DNA of 61,436 nucleotides, taken from positions 1 to 61,436 of the IMG/VR virus record IMGVR_UViG_3300034018_002789; one strand, written 5' to 3'. The translations under genes and the position numbers were made by a program. This document shows, in pieces, positions 46,201-54,770 of the stretch. The number at the start of each line of letters is the position of its first letter. Within the stretch, counting starts at the first letter, position 1. This stretch comes from a virus. Taxonomy: Duplodnaviria; Caudoviricetes. The notes under the pieces were generated by a model, which did not search any database, was not told the origin of the DNA, and saw nothing but the letters and a program-made list of their open reading frames with translations.

Positions 46201-47598
46201 AAGAACTTTTGCTAATTCTTTTGATTTTTCCAAAACATCTTTCATTGCTTGGCCGCTAAGTCCAGATGCCTTGGCAACATTTGACATATCTCTGCCCATT
46301 TGTTCTACTTGGCCGCTAGAAAATCCTGCTTCCATAGTCAAAGATTTAAAATGATCGTTTAGCGTTCCCGCTTCCAATCCTAATTGTCTTTCAGTTGACA
46401 ATTGAGTTTTTATAACCTTTGTTGTATCTTTATTTAATTTTAAACCATTTCTTGCGTATTTCGCCGCTTCTTTTGTAGCTTTCGTGCCATCATATCCTGT
46501 CTCTAAATTTGTTTTAGCTAATTGTTCAATTTCGTTTTGCATTTCAAAATTGCTTCTAACAATTCCAGAAGTTTCAAACATTGCTTGTTTATAATCAGCT
46601 TGCCCCTTTGCCATTTCTCCAATTTCTTTTGTAATTCCACTAAAGCTTATGTCTGCATCTACGGCACTTGCTGCAAGTCTTGCGAGTCCATCGCCAACTT
46701 TTACAAAGGCATTCTTAATAGCTCCTTTTTCAAGTATTTTGTCTTCTTTTTCTAATAATTGAATCCTTTCAATCATGCCTTGTTTACTTTTAAGAAATTG
46801 TTTTTTATCTTTTTCACCCATTCCAGCTGCAGCTTCAGTAAATGCTTTACCAAGAGCTGCCGCCTCCGACATTCCGGTATTTTGGGCATACGACGCTGCG
46901 CTTTTAATTGCTTCTGAAATTTTTTCTTGGTATTCAGGTTTGATATCTGAAAAAGCATTTCTAAATCCTTTTGTAAGACCTCCTGATTTTGCAAATATAA
47001 CATTGCTCCACTTTGCTATACTTCCTTTTTCTATTTTCAATCCCTTGCCAATTTTTTGACTTAGCCTTTCATCTCTTGTAAAAATAGATCCTTTTTTCAA
47101 TCCTTCATCTACAAACGGCTCCATCATTTTTATAAATTCGCCAAACAAAGATGCTAGGTGATTTGATACTTTTTCAATTGATTTGAAGCCAACTCTTATT
47201 TCTGAAGAGGAAGCTGATATAGCTTTATTTACAGCATCTGCACCTCCTCCATTCTTAACAAGAGGACTTAATACTTTCCCCAAAGCATTTGCCATATCGT
47301 TAAAATTTGATTTTTCTTTGTTTGATGATATTGTTTTATTGACAGAGGAAAGCACTTTTTTCATTTCATCGATATATTTGACAGCTTTTTGCAAATCTTT
47401 TACAAAGTCTGCATTTTTTGAACCAAGTAATTTTGCAAGTTTTTTTATTTCATCTTTAATTTCATCTGTGCCTTTAGTATCGAATGGTTTTGCTTCTCCA
47501 ACTTTTCCAGACATGAGACTTTTGAGCATGTCCATGTCTATGTTGGCATAGCTTCTGCCCATTCCATCTACTGCATTATTATTGATTGAATCTGCCAT
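43225..47598 (-). CDS. Tail tape measure protein
   Basis: 1457 aa, rich in A/K/G, 11-residue AASWAGDKISG/AASSVGSGISS repeats, GAAIGGSIGG...VPVFGTIVGG hydrophobic segment, FSEG...AMLHKGEVIFP motif; upstream of the baseplate genes. Confidence 0.9.
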   Translation of the reverse strand: MADSINNNAVDGMGRSYANIDMDMLKSLMSGKVGEAKPFDTKGTDEIKDEIKKLAKLLGSKNADFVKDLQKAVKYIDEMKKVLSSVNKTISSNKEKSNFNDMANALGKVLSPLVKNGGGADAVNKAISASSSEIRVGFKSIEKVSNHLASLFGEFIKMMEPFVDEGLKKGSIFTRDERLSQKIGKGLKIEKGSIAKWSNVIFAKSGGLTKGFRNAFSDIKPEYQEKISEAIKSAASYAQNTGMSEAAALGKAFTEAAAGMGEKDKKQFLKSKQGMIERIQLLEKEDKILEKGAIKNAFVKVGDGLARLAASAVDADISFSGITKEIGEMAKGQADYKQAMFETSGIVRSNFEMQNEIEQLAKTNLETGYDGTKATKEAAKYARNGLKLNKDTTKVIKTQLSTERQLGLEAGTLNDHFKSLTMEAGFSSGQVEQMGRDMSNVAKASGLSGQAMKDVLEKSKELAKVLQSSGTLTVDANKNILHFMAEAKKLGVEEGAAEFGKTISSLKEFTKSQNHFLQQAVGNAGEFNQVINGTLLGDKKALSKVAEQYQKNISAQLGPEIKTYADFQKSFNKARLKGDQAEMDRLSRARMQVEQATGTSLENALKVPEALIKGVGEASKPLAEKIAKITEEQKKGLIDEDTMKKQITKLESDSATSLLTKVRDMAAASDNVADFNDMLKTQGGQELEDIAGKGATATEALQKSLEKINKRITQTGGTALKFDQATLAKAVSGGKAGDEGMAEIQESVMKASREADEREMRANNPAYQAAQTLNDVKESIVKGANSVIGRLNAIMLEIAAVAAAIGGLALLFKGWDIGKSVLEKMGNKSFAPAPAPPPNTGPSAPAPPPDLDGKGKTIKGAPAPAPPPDLDGKGKTVKGATAPAPKLGETKGAEAVEAKGKKKISAEAVAAKSFKDAPPPTGRKSMWQKTKSFGSGVKGKIGGLFSGGAALAGGLAETAVGALGGGGGGDEGGCACSIAESALSKVGSLAGVATDAAAATAEAALDAGKKTAKNVTNVADDAAKGAAKATAKGVANTADDAVKVAGKSAGLMSKATGALGKTVGFLGKAAGPLAGVASVGLAIGSGENVGEAISGGVGAAIGGSIGGALGSVVPVFGTIVGGVVGGIAGDWLGNMTYEYLPAVWEGAKNVGSNIASSIGAAGSWAGDKISGAASWAGDKISGAASAVGDAASWAGDKISGAASGIKNAASAVGSGISSAASSVGSGISSAASSVGSGISSAASSVGSAASAGWSNFTGWLGFSEGAREIENNGLAMLHKGEVIFPRSIVETLVAKGTSSFGSLGGYLKDMGGGLASAASSFVESGGVGGLLGSAVTQISSSLSNTVGSIFGSPSKMSGEMATAEMQTGANKASSLSTAGNAALSSIANASESQANLSSEIKGVLKEILGEMIKSNRGEGGGDESAYSGMSSNRDAFKSPIGNINDVAVKNVSQVAYG
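43849..44120 (-). repeat. 33-bp coding repeats in the tape measure gene
   Basis: CACTTCCAACAGAAGATGCTGCGCTACTAATGC-like units, and three CTCCAGATATTTTATCACCAGCCCAACTT copies. Confidence 0.85.
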
Positions 47599-48107
47599 TA
47601 CAACTCACTCGTTCCTGCTACATTTTGGTTTATAACTTTATTTAGTTGTGTTTTCACAGCTTCTCTAATTGCTTCAACTTCTTGGGGGTCTATCGCTCTA
47701 ACAGAGCCCATGATGTTGAGAACAAGACTGCAATCAAGAATTTTAAGATTTCTCAATCCAATCTTTTTATATTGTCTGAATGACGAAACTATATATTGAT
47801 CTGCTTTTATGTTTATATATGAAAAAGTTGGGTTATTGCAAGCATTCATGCCAGAAGTTTGTAATATTTTTTTAATTGTTGGAAATGTAAGATAATGTAG
47901 ATTAATTCCTCTAATATAAGCTGGCATTATATCTGTTACTACAACTAATGGTGTTCTATCATGTGATGGTTTTGCAAAGTTGTATGTAAACTGTATTAAG
48001 CTTCCCTTTCCAAGTCTTCTTGTGGTTGGGCCGTATTGATTTGCTCTTTCCGATGCTGGATTTAATGTTCCAATACTACTGAAAAGAGATGCTGCATCAT
48101 TAGCCAT
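47598..48107 (-). CDS. DNA end protector-like protein (T4 gp2-like)
   Basis: G.L..F.Y...K..HDRTPLVVV....GINLHYL...FRQYK resembles T4 gp2 family motifs. Confidence 0.65.
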   Translation of the reverse strand: MANDAASLFSSIGTLNPASERANQYGPTTRRLGKGSLIQFTYNFAKPSHDRTPLVVVTDIMPAYIRGINLHYLTFPTIKKILQTSGMNACNNPTFSYINIKADQYIVSSFRQYKKIGLRNLKILDCSLVLNIMGSVRAIDPQEVEAIREAVKTQLNKVINQNVAGTSEL

Positions 48108-48673
48108 TAGTTACTTGTATTGCTGTTATAAAACGTGTTTGAGTAATCTGTTCCGCCTGTTCGCATTAATGCAGGGTTTCTTTTATCTGCATTTGGATTA
48201 GTTGGTTCGTTATTAACATTTCTTATGGTAATCTGAGCAGATCCAGGCAATCCGTTTCCAGAAATTTCTGCATCTACAATTTTGTCTTCTGCTTTTTTAG
48301 TTTGTTTAAAGAACATTTTTATTTTCTTTGTAACTTGTTTTTTAAGTTCTTTCAAAGCTTCATCTTTATCACTTTTATCGACCATAATATCGTCAAGCAT
48401 TTTTTGAAGGTCTAGAAAATAAGCTTTTCCATATGGAAAAACTTTTGGTTCTTTTTGTATCATAAAAGCTGTGATGTCACCTTTTTGATAAAATCTAATT
48501 CCTTGAAAGCTTAGATCGCTTGGAGCGGTAACAAAAATATAAGGTTCTCTTTCTTCTTCGCTGGTGAAGTCCATTGAATACATGCCATCTTCATCAAAAA
48601 TACTTTTGAGAAGTTTTAGTTTCTTTCTGGCATCATCTTCATCTCTTTGAAAGAATTCTAAAAATGTTTGCAT
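48107..48673 (-). CDS. Hypothetical protein with an MQTFLEFF N-terminus
   Basis: ATG at 48673 after AAGGA, 9 nt from the upstream stop. Confidence 0.72.
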   Translation of the reverse strand: MQTFLEFFQRDEDDARKKLKLLKSIFDEDGMYSMDFTSEEEREPYIFVTAPSDLSFQGIRFYQKGDITAFMIQKEPKVFPYGKAYFLDLQKMLDDIMVDKSDKDEALKELKKQVTKKIKMFFKQTKKAEDKIVDAEISGNGLPGSAQITIRNVNNEPTNPNADKRNPALMRTGGTDYSNTFYNSNTSN

Positions 48674-48681
48674 ATTTTTCC

Positions 48682-49989
48682 TTAGCATGATCTTAAAATC
48701 ATTTCTGGGGCTGATGGAACGCATCTCATCAAAGATTGCAAATCACTTGGGTTTCCAGTGAATGGAGATTCTTTTATAAGAATTCCTTGGAAAGTTGCGC
48801 TACAATCTTTTATTGTTTCAAGGGATGCGTTCAACAATAACATTCCGTCTTTTCTTGTTATAAATTCAATTTCATTTTTCAAAGGCTTTCCATCTGCATC
48901 AGTTTTGCCAGTATCTTTCTCATACATAATCTTTATATCTAAGAATTCTACTAATTCACCTTCAGATGTATACATTGCTTCAGAGCTGTCATTTACTTTT
49001 GTTTTAATTACAAGTTTGCCAGCATCATAAGCTTCTCTTAGTGCGTTTGACAGGTCTAGACCAACATAAAATACTGTGCCATCTGTATCTACTATGTTTA
49101 CAAAATAAGCTCTTTTTCTAAAGTAAGATGCTATGCTTTCTAGTACAACACGCTTTCTTAGAACTTCTCTTTCATCTGGACTTCCATCTTCCAGTCTTTC
49201 CAATTCCGATTCTGAAAGGTATTGTTCTTGGTCATCTTTTATCATTGACCATCTTCCTAAATCTATTGTTCCAAATTTGGAAGCCATTCTTGTGGATATT
49301 TTAATTGAAAATTCTTTTTGATTTAGGATTAAGTCTTCGTTTTGTCCTCCGCTGCCAACTTGTGCAGCGCCAAGCAATGATGCGATATATTTGCGGTGTA
49401 AATCAGATTTGTTGCTGAATAGACCTAGAAGCTTGATAAACACATTTGTTAATTCTGGCATTGATTGAAGAACTGATGTGACATGGTTAATCAAGCTTAC
49501 AGAAGGATTGTTTCTATCAAGTTCTTCTCTTATTTTTTTTCTAATTTCTTTTGATGCTTTTTCAATATTGGCATTTTGTCTCAAAAACAAAATTTGTAAA
49601 TTGTCTTCGACAAATTTTCTCTGGTATGAGTCTAACTCTCCATTTCTTACAGATTGTATTTTTTCAAGTAATTCATTTACATCACCTTTTATTAGGTCTC
49701 TGAAAAAATTGTTACGCCATGAATCAAAATTAACTTTTGTTTGTGAATCTTCTGGCATATCTGGAGAATCTGGGTCTTGCTCCATGCCAGCGGGTTCGAG
49801 AGGAGGAGCTTTAGCTGACATTGGGTCTGGAAAAGCAGGCTGATCTGCTGGAGGTGCTCCTGCACCAGCTCCAGGCATTCCAGGAGGATTCACATCAGCG
49901 GGAGGTTGTCCTGCAGCCGGATCAAGCGGAGATGATAAAACATCTTCTTCGTTTATTAACCAGTCATTTATAGAAGCCCATTTAACCAT
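48682..49989 (-). CDS. Hypothetical protein (Pro/Ala-rich N-terminus; possible head-associated protein)
   Basis: 435-aa ORF with a GGAG RBS; no catalytic motif recognised. Confidence 0.78.
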   Translation of the reverse strand: MVKWASINDWLINEEDVLSSPLDPAAGQPPADVNPPGMPGAGAGAPPADQPAFPDPMSAKAPPLEPAGMEQDPDSPDMPEDSQTKVNFDSWRNNFFRDLIKGDVNELLEKIQSVRNGELDSYQRKFVEDNLQILFLRQNANIEKASKEIRKKIREELDRNNPSVSLINHVTSVLQSMPELTNVFIKLLGLFSNKSDLHRKYIASLLGAAQVGSGGQNEDLILNQKEFSIKISTRMASKFGTIDLGRWSMIKDDQEQYLSESELERLEDGSPDEREVLRKRVVLESIASYFRKRAYFVNIVDTDGTVFYVGLDLSNALREAYDAGKLVIKTKVNDSSEAMYTSEGELVEFLDIKIMYEKDTGKTDADGKPLKNEIEFITRKDGMLLLNASLETIKDCSATFQGILIKESPFTGNPSDLQSLMRCVPSAPEMILRSC

Positions 49990-50416
49990 TTTCAATCTCC
50001 TTTTGATCCTTCTTCTTATATTTAGTCAAGGTCTCTATTAGATTTCTTTTATCTGTTATATGTATGTGATTAGTTTGATTAGTTTGAACTTTTCCAACTA
50101 TAGATTTGTCTTTCATTCTTAAGGATGTCATCAAATCTGCAATTTTGGTCTTTTTATCTGATAAATCAGATTTTGTTTTAATCAAATTTACTATTGCCTC
50201 TTTAGAGGCAGATGAAACATCCCCTTCATTCATTACCATCTCTACAAAATTATTTAAAAGACTATCTATTTCACTTCTATCATTTCTTATATCTTTAAGT
50301 ATTTCTGTATATATTTCTTGCAAATCATTATCTGTTATTGAGCAATCACTTGGACCATTGGGATTTGCTACAATAACGCTAACTGGTGGGATTGGTATTG
50401 AATTTTGATTATCCAT
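49982..50416 (-). CDS. Hypothetical protein, possibly terminase small subunit (gp16-like)
   Basis: Helical EAIVNLIKTKSDLSDK...QTNQTNHIHIT...LIETL loosely resembles T4-like gp16; TAAATA 5 nt upstream. Function tentative. Confidence 0.5.
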   Translation of the reverse strand: MDNQNSIPIPPVSVIVANPNGPSDCSITDNDLQEIYTEILKDIRNDRSEIDSLLNNFVEMVMNEGDVSSASKEAIVNLIKTKSDLSDKKTKIADLMTSLRMKDKSIVGKVQTNQTNHIHITDKRNLIETLTKYKKKDQKEIENG

Positions 50417-50455
50417 ATACATATTTAAGTATTTTTTAACTTTTATTAAGAAAAA

Positions 50456-50463
50456 TATAAATA
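50456..50463 (+). promoter_or_regulatory. T4-type late promoter TATAAATA (representative of a recurring motif)
   Basis: Exact match 4 nt before ATG 50468; related TAAATA-N4-6-ATG sites precede at least eight other genes. Confidence 0.65.
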
Positions 50464-50467
50464 AATT

Positions 50468-51013
50468 ATGGCAAGCCGACAACAAAAAGATGATGAAACC
50501 AGTTTGCATATAAACCCTGAAGCGGTTATCAATTCAATTGCTAGAATTGATGAAAAAATTAATAATACACTTAAAAAGCAAGATGAGCTTTCGGCTAGAT
50601 TTGAAAAATTATTTGATTATTATAACAAACTACTTGAAAGAGTTGTTGGAGTTGAATCAAAAAATATTGGCAATATTACTGAAATAATAAATGGACTTCT
50701 AATTAAATTGGGAATTTTGGAAAAAACTATTGATAATTTAGAAAGTGACACCAATCCCGCTAGCGATCTTTTAGTTAGAGTTTCTTTACTAGAAAAAGAA
50801 ATACAACAACTAAAAAATACAGATGAGGGTAACACCAAGGTTATAAAAACTTTAGAATCTGAAACACAAAAAATAATGACATCAAACGAAGTATCAGAGC
50901 AGAAATGGAAAAAAATTCTTCATGCATATTGGAAATTTATTAGTATAATTTGGAAATTTGTTGAAGCAATACTGGTTGCATGGTTAATTTTTAAATTCGG
51001 ATTTAATAAATAG
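50468..51013 (+). CDS. Coiled-coil protein with a C-terminal membrane anchor
   Basis: Heptad repeats followed by FISIIWKFVEAILVAWLIFKFGF. Confidence 0.75.
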   Translation: MASRQQKDDETSLHINPEAVINSIARIDEKINNTLKKQDELSARFEKLFDYYNKLLERVVGVESKNIGNITEIINGLLIKLGILEKTIDNLESDTNPASDLLVRVSLLEKEIQQLKNTDEGNTKVIKTLESETQKIMTSNEVSEQKWKKILHAYWKFISIIWKFVEAILVAWLIFKFGFNK

Positions 51014-51018
51014 TAATT

Positions 51019-52455
51019 ATGGAAAACAAAAAACCACATAAAGATGAAGCACTAATATCTAAGATTCGTCTTAAAGAAAACGAAAGAAATGGCGATTTTA
51101 GGCCTTTGGTTGTTAGTCACTTAAGCAACTCTGCTATTAAATGTATTATCGATGGCTTTGAAAATTCAAAAGAAATAGATTTAGGATATTCAACAATAAT
51201 AAAAGATAAAGGGATGACAAAGCCAACCCTTAAGAAAAAGACAATTTATTTAACAGGAGGTTCTTTAAGAGATCATCTAAAAAATAAGACATTTGACACC
51301 TACGACTGCTCTACAGATGCCAGCCCCGATGAAATAAGATTGATATTAAAATCTCCATATTGCAACTTGGTTGAAGTTCAACCAGAAACAGATGACATTC
51401 AAGTTAAAAACAAATATAAAAGACTTCCCAAAAAAGACAACAAAAGTAAAGTGTTTTATGCAAGCAGATGGGACTCTAACCAAGATGAAATGGAATTAAC
51501 CGCAGAAATTAATGGAAAGAAAATACACATTTCACCATTTACTTTAAATGTAAAAAACAGGATGCTAACTCCAAAAGAAAGAAGATTCGTAACAACTTTG
51601 GAACAAGATTCCATGAGCAGAGATTTGACAATCAATGCACTTTATTTAAAATTAAAAAATTCTGACGGCGAAAATTCTGAACTATTAGACCCACAAGGTG
51701 GTGGATATGACCTAAAAAATGGAAGAATCGTAACTGTAAGAAAACCAGAAAAAGCTTTTGAAAATGACCCCTACCTTCCTTATAGAATTGTTACATTGGC
51801 TTCCAGATATGGCTATGATAACAAGATTCCTGTTGGAATTATTCCATTCATTAAAGATGCTTCAGACGAAAGAGTAAAAAGAGACCATCTTAAAAAGTAC
51901 TATATCGGTGCTGTAGAAAAGTCTGACATTCCTACAGATATTTATATTCAAAATTTACTCGACTCAAATCTTATCCATAAGATTTTCCCAAGACTTGAAA
52001 TATCTAAGCCAGTTCCAGACCTACCTAATTCAAAAATTGTCACAACATCTTTTATTCTAAGAAACAACAATGTAGACAAAGTATATGATGTATTATTGTC
52101 TATGGGTTGGTCAAAACTTGATGTTGAAAATATATGTAACTTAATTAAAATTTATAGTTTTACAAAAGCACAATTTAACCCAGATTTGATTTATGATTTG
52201 TTTGCCAAACCAAACAATTTAATTCAATCACAAATTAAAAGTTTTATGAAACTTATTGATAAAAATGAATTATACAGTAAAATTTTCACTTACGACTTTA
52301 CAGACGTAATGAAAAAATATATAGATCATGATGGCCAAAGAAAAGTAAATCCGGAATTCTTTAAAATGCTACACAAAGAACCAAGGACTGATGAACTAGA
52401 AGACGCTAGAAAAAAACTTTTCGCCAAAACTGTCAAGATGTTGATTTCAAAATAA
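51019..52455 (+). CDS. CCA-adding enzyme/poly(A) polymerase-family nucleotidyltransferase with divergent motifs
   Basis: YLTGGSLRDHL, YDCSTDASPDE, LEQDSMSRDLTINALY, LLDPQGG.YDLKNG, FENDP...R. Confidence 0.82.
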   Translation: MENKKPHKDEALISKIRLKENERNGDFRPLVVSHLSNSAIKCIIDGFENSKEIDLGYSTIIKDKGMTKPTLKKKTIYLTGGSLRDHLKNKTFDTYDCSTDASPDEIRLILKSPYCNLVEVQPETDDIQVKNKYKRLPKKDNKSKVFYASRWDSNQDEMELTAEINGKKIHISPFTLNVKNRMLTPKERRFVTTLEQDSMSRDLTINALYLKLKNSDGENSELLDPQGGGYDLKNGRIVTVRKPEKAFENDPYLPYRIVTLASRYGYDNKIPVGIIPFIKDASDERVKRDHLKKYYIGAVEKSDIPTDIYIQNLLDSNLIHKIFPRLEISKPVPDLPNSKIVTTSFILRNNNVDKVYDVLLSMGWSKLDVENICNLIKIYSFTKAQFNPDLIYDLFAKPNNLIQSQIKSFMKLIDKNELYSKIFTYDFTDVMKKYIDHDGQRKVNPEFFKMLHKEPRTDELEDARKKLFAKTVKMLISK

Positions 52456-52501
52456 AAAGGATTTAGAATTAAGGGATTAATATTTCCTTCGAGGGCGATT
52501 T

Positions 52502-53137
52502 GTGCATAACATTATCCGTTTGGACAGAATTATAAAAACAAAACATTCTGATCTTCATGTTGAACCACATATTATTAGAATATCAAAAGGCTTCAACAAT
52601 GAAATGACAGAAGAATTTCAAGAAGAATTTGAAAAAGCTGTCAATAGAAACAAAACATTAATACCTATTTTTATAGATTCTTATGGAGGAGACGTTTATT
52701 CATTAATGCAGCTAATCTCTACCATAAAAGCTTCTCCCCTTCCTGTGGCCACAATATGCACAGGCAAAGCTATGTCTTGTGGCGCTATGCTTTTTATGTT
52801 TGGCAATGAAGGATTGAGATTTTTAAGCGAAGAAGCTACAATCATGATACATGATGTAAGCTCTTTCACTTTTGGCAAAATAGAAGAAATAAAAGCCGAT
52901 GTTAAAGAAGCTGAAAGGCTAAATGATGCCATTTTTAGAATGGCAGCAAAAAATATTGGCAAAAATGAAAAGTTTTTATTAGACATTATTGATAAAAAGA
53001 AACATGCTGACGTATTTCTTAATTCAAAAGAATGTAAAAAACTAAACATTTGTAACCATATTGGAGTTCCTCATATGCTGACAGAAGTAAAAGTAAAACA
53101 TTCTATTGTTTTAAACAATAAAAAGCTAGAAATTTGA
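52502..53137 (+). CDS. clpP: ClpP-like serine protease
   Basis: IDSYGGDVY, GKAMSCG (Ser), IMIHDVS (His), ADVFLNSKEC (Asp); GTG start. Confidence 0.9.
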   Translation: MHNIIRLDRIIKTKHSDLHVEPHIIRISKGFNNEMTEEFQEEFEKAVNRNKTLIPIFIDSYGGDVYSLMQLISTIKASPLPVATICTGKAMSCGAMLFMFGNEGLRFLSEEATIMIHDVSSFTFGKIEEIKADVKEAERLNDAIFRMAAKNIGKNEKFLLDIIDKKKHADVFLNSKECKKLNICNHIGVPHMLTEVKVKHSIVLNNKKLEI

Positions 53138-53145
53138 GGTTTGAC

Positions 53146-53451
53146 ATGTTGACCAAAGAACAAATTGAAAATTATAAAAATAAAATAAACAGCACCACTC
53201 AGGGTGAGTGGAAAGTATCAAGTATTCAAGTTAAAAATAGTCTCATGACAATTGATGGCAAATGGCCAGAATCTGATGATCTTGCTAATATGGATTTCAT
53301 AGCATCATGTAGAAATGATATGCAAAATCTAATATCAGAATTAGAAAATTATATTTTTTATTGCACAGAATTGCATAATAAAATAAATATTTTAGAAATA
53401 ACAATAGAAAAACAAGCAAAAATACTTTCAAGCATCGAGAAATTGAGTTAA
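53146..53451 (+). CDS. Hypothetical protein (Ead/Ea22-like motif)
   Basis: TTQGEW...ANMDFIASCR.D...LISELE motif followed by a coiled coil; GAGG RBS. Confidence 0.6.
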   Translation: MLTKEQIENYKNKINSTTQGEWKVSSIQVKNSLMTIDGKWPESDDLANMDFIASCRNDMQNLISELENYIFYCTELHNKINILEITIEKQAKILSSIEKLS

Positions 53452-53504
53452 AAATTTTAAAGGCCCCTACAATCTAATTACAAAAATTGTAAGGAGGGCC
53501 AAAA

Positions 53505-53765
53505 ATGATTAAAAAAGTGAATCAAATTGCAAGAAATGTATCTTGGTCTGGGGGCAGACCTCAGAGCAAGCATCTATTTGAAATACATACCACAGAGTCT
53601 TTTAGACTTGGGTGGGAATTTGACTCTGTCTCATTTTTTACTGTTGGTAAATTGGGATGGAGCAACATGTGGAAACTATCAGGTGGCATAACACATGGAA
53701 CAAACTATAAAATGGCTAGATCTAAAGTTTTTAACATCCCAAATAGCAGATATGATTCTTTTTAA
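53505..53765 (+). CDS. Hypothetical protein
   Basis: 86-aa ORF with a strong AAGGAGG RBS. Confidence 0.55.
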   Translation: MIKKVNQIARNVSWSGGRPQSKHLFEIHTTESFRLGWEFDSVSFFTVGKLGWSNMWKLSGGITHGTNYKMARSKVFNIPNSRYDSF

Positions 53766-53831
53766 TGATCTTGATTCATAGTTTTTTTGGAATATGATTG
53801 TTGGTTGGAAGTTAAACACAAGGAGTTTGCA

Positions 53832-54323
53832 ATGCTTTCTCTTCTTTTGCTCTGCCTCGCTCAAGAACCAGAAAACTTCGTGATTATGCCAGTAAGCACC
53901 AACAAATACGATGGTAAAAAGATTTTAGCAAGTTTAATTTTTGAAAAAATTAGTCTTAGCTCTCCAGAGTATGTTGGATTGGCAATATATTGCGAAAATA
54001 TTGCCAAATCTGTTACTGGCAAGGATATGTTGCAGATTCTTATTAAATCCAAAGATTTTTCACATAGAGCTGCAGCAGCATTCTACTTTGGCTATATGTT
54101 AGACCCCAATAATGATTTGTTTCTTTTGTACCATGATGAACATCCTCTTGTTTGCTTGGCAGCTAAAAATTCCCTTATTAATATTGCTAGAGAAAAATTT
54201 GATCAAGAAGTAGATTTTGGCCCTTTGGTAATAGATCTTAATGACAAAGAAAAAATAAATGTTTCAGGCAAGTTGTGGAAAATATATATGGACAAAAAAA
54301 ATAATAAGTCAAACAATAAATAG
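53832..54323 (+). CDS. HEAT-repeat-like protein with a short hydrophobic N-terminus
   Basis: AAGGAG RBS before MLSLLLLCLAQ; HRAAAAFYFG...LLYHDEHPLVCLAAKNSL. Confidence 0.65.
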   Translation: MLSLLLLCLAQEPENFVIMPVSTNKYDGKKILASLIFEKISLSSPEYVGLAIYCENIAKSVTGKDMLQILIKSKDFSHRAAAAFYFGYMLDPNNDLFLLYHDEHPLVCLAAKNSLINIAREKFDQEVDFGPLVIDLNDKEKINVSGKLWKIYMDKKNNKSNNK

Positions 54324-54328
54324 TTATT

Positions 54329-54727
54329 ATGATTACATTTAATGAGTGGCTCGAAAAAATAGATGAAGTAGTAACAACTAGACCCAAAGTTCCTCATACT
54401 AAAGACTTTGCTGGCGGGGAAATAAGAGGCATATTCCAAGCTTACAAAGCAAATAAGCTTGGAGAAACATTAACTCCAGAAAAATTAAAAGAATTAAGGA
54501 ACGAACTTCAGTCTTGGAGTGATGTGGCTAGAGATTTGCCAGTATATAAAGAACTAGAAGCAAAACTCATGGCTGCAAAGCCAACTTCTGTTGCCCCACA
54601 AAAGGGAATGCAGCTTAGCGATCTATCTGGCAAAGAAGCATCAGATTTTAGAACTGTCGGAAAAAAAACAGCTTCCCCCAAGGCAGCTCCCAGAAAAAGT
54701 TTCTTAAGCTTTATTACCGGACGCTGA
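54329..54727 (+). CDS. Hypothetical protein with an MITFNEWLEKIDE N-terminus
   Basis: TAAATA 6 nt upstream; basic, Ala/Pro-rich C-terminus. Confidence 0.75.
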   Translation: MITFNEWLEKIDEVVTTRPKVPHTKDFAGGEIRGIFQAYKANKLGETLTPEKLKELRNELQSWSDVARDLPVYKELEAKLMAAKPTSVAPQKGMQLSDLSGKEASDFRTVGKKTASPKAAPRKSFLSFITGR

Positions 54728-54767
54728 TTACTACCCCGGCTGAAGCCGGGGAATTAGCTGGCTCAAA
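54724..54767 (-). mobile_element. Solo IS200/IS605-type end remnant (GC-rich hairpin between convergent genes)
   Basis: Minus strand TTTGAGCCAGCTAATTCCCCGGCTTCAGCCGGGGTAGTAATCAG; perfect CCCCGGC/GCCGGGG stem with no U tract; aligns with the 61255 and 25902 copies. Confidence 0.6.
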
Positions 54768-54770
54768 ATC

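Noticed and set aside
43415-47551. Long + strand ORFs including the 504-aa 43784..45298
   Set aside because: Antisense shadows of the Ala/Gly-rich tape measure gene, with no RBS or recognisable domain.
33221-47598. Bacterial eCIS, tailocin or T6SS locus
   Set aside because: Terminase, portal, primase, a gp2-like gene and phage-style gene packing indicate a real phage genome.
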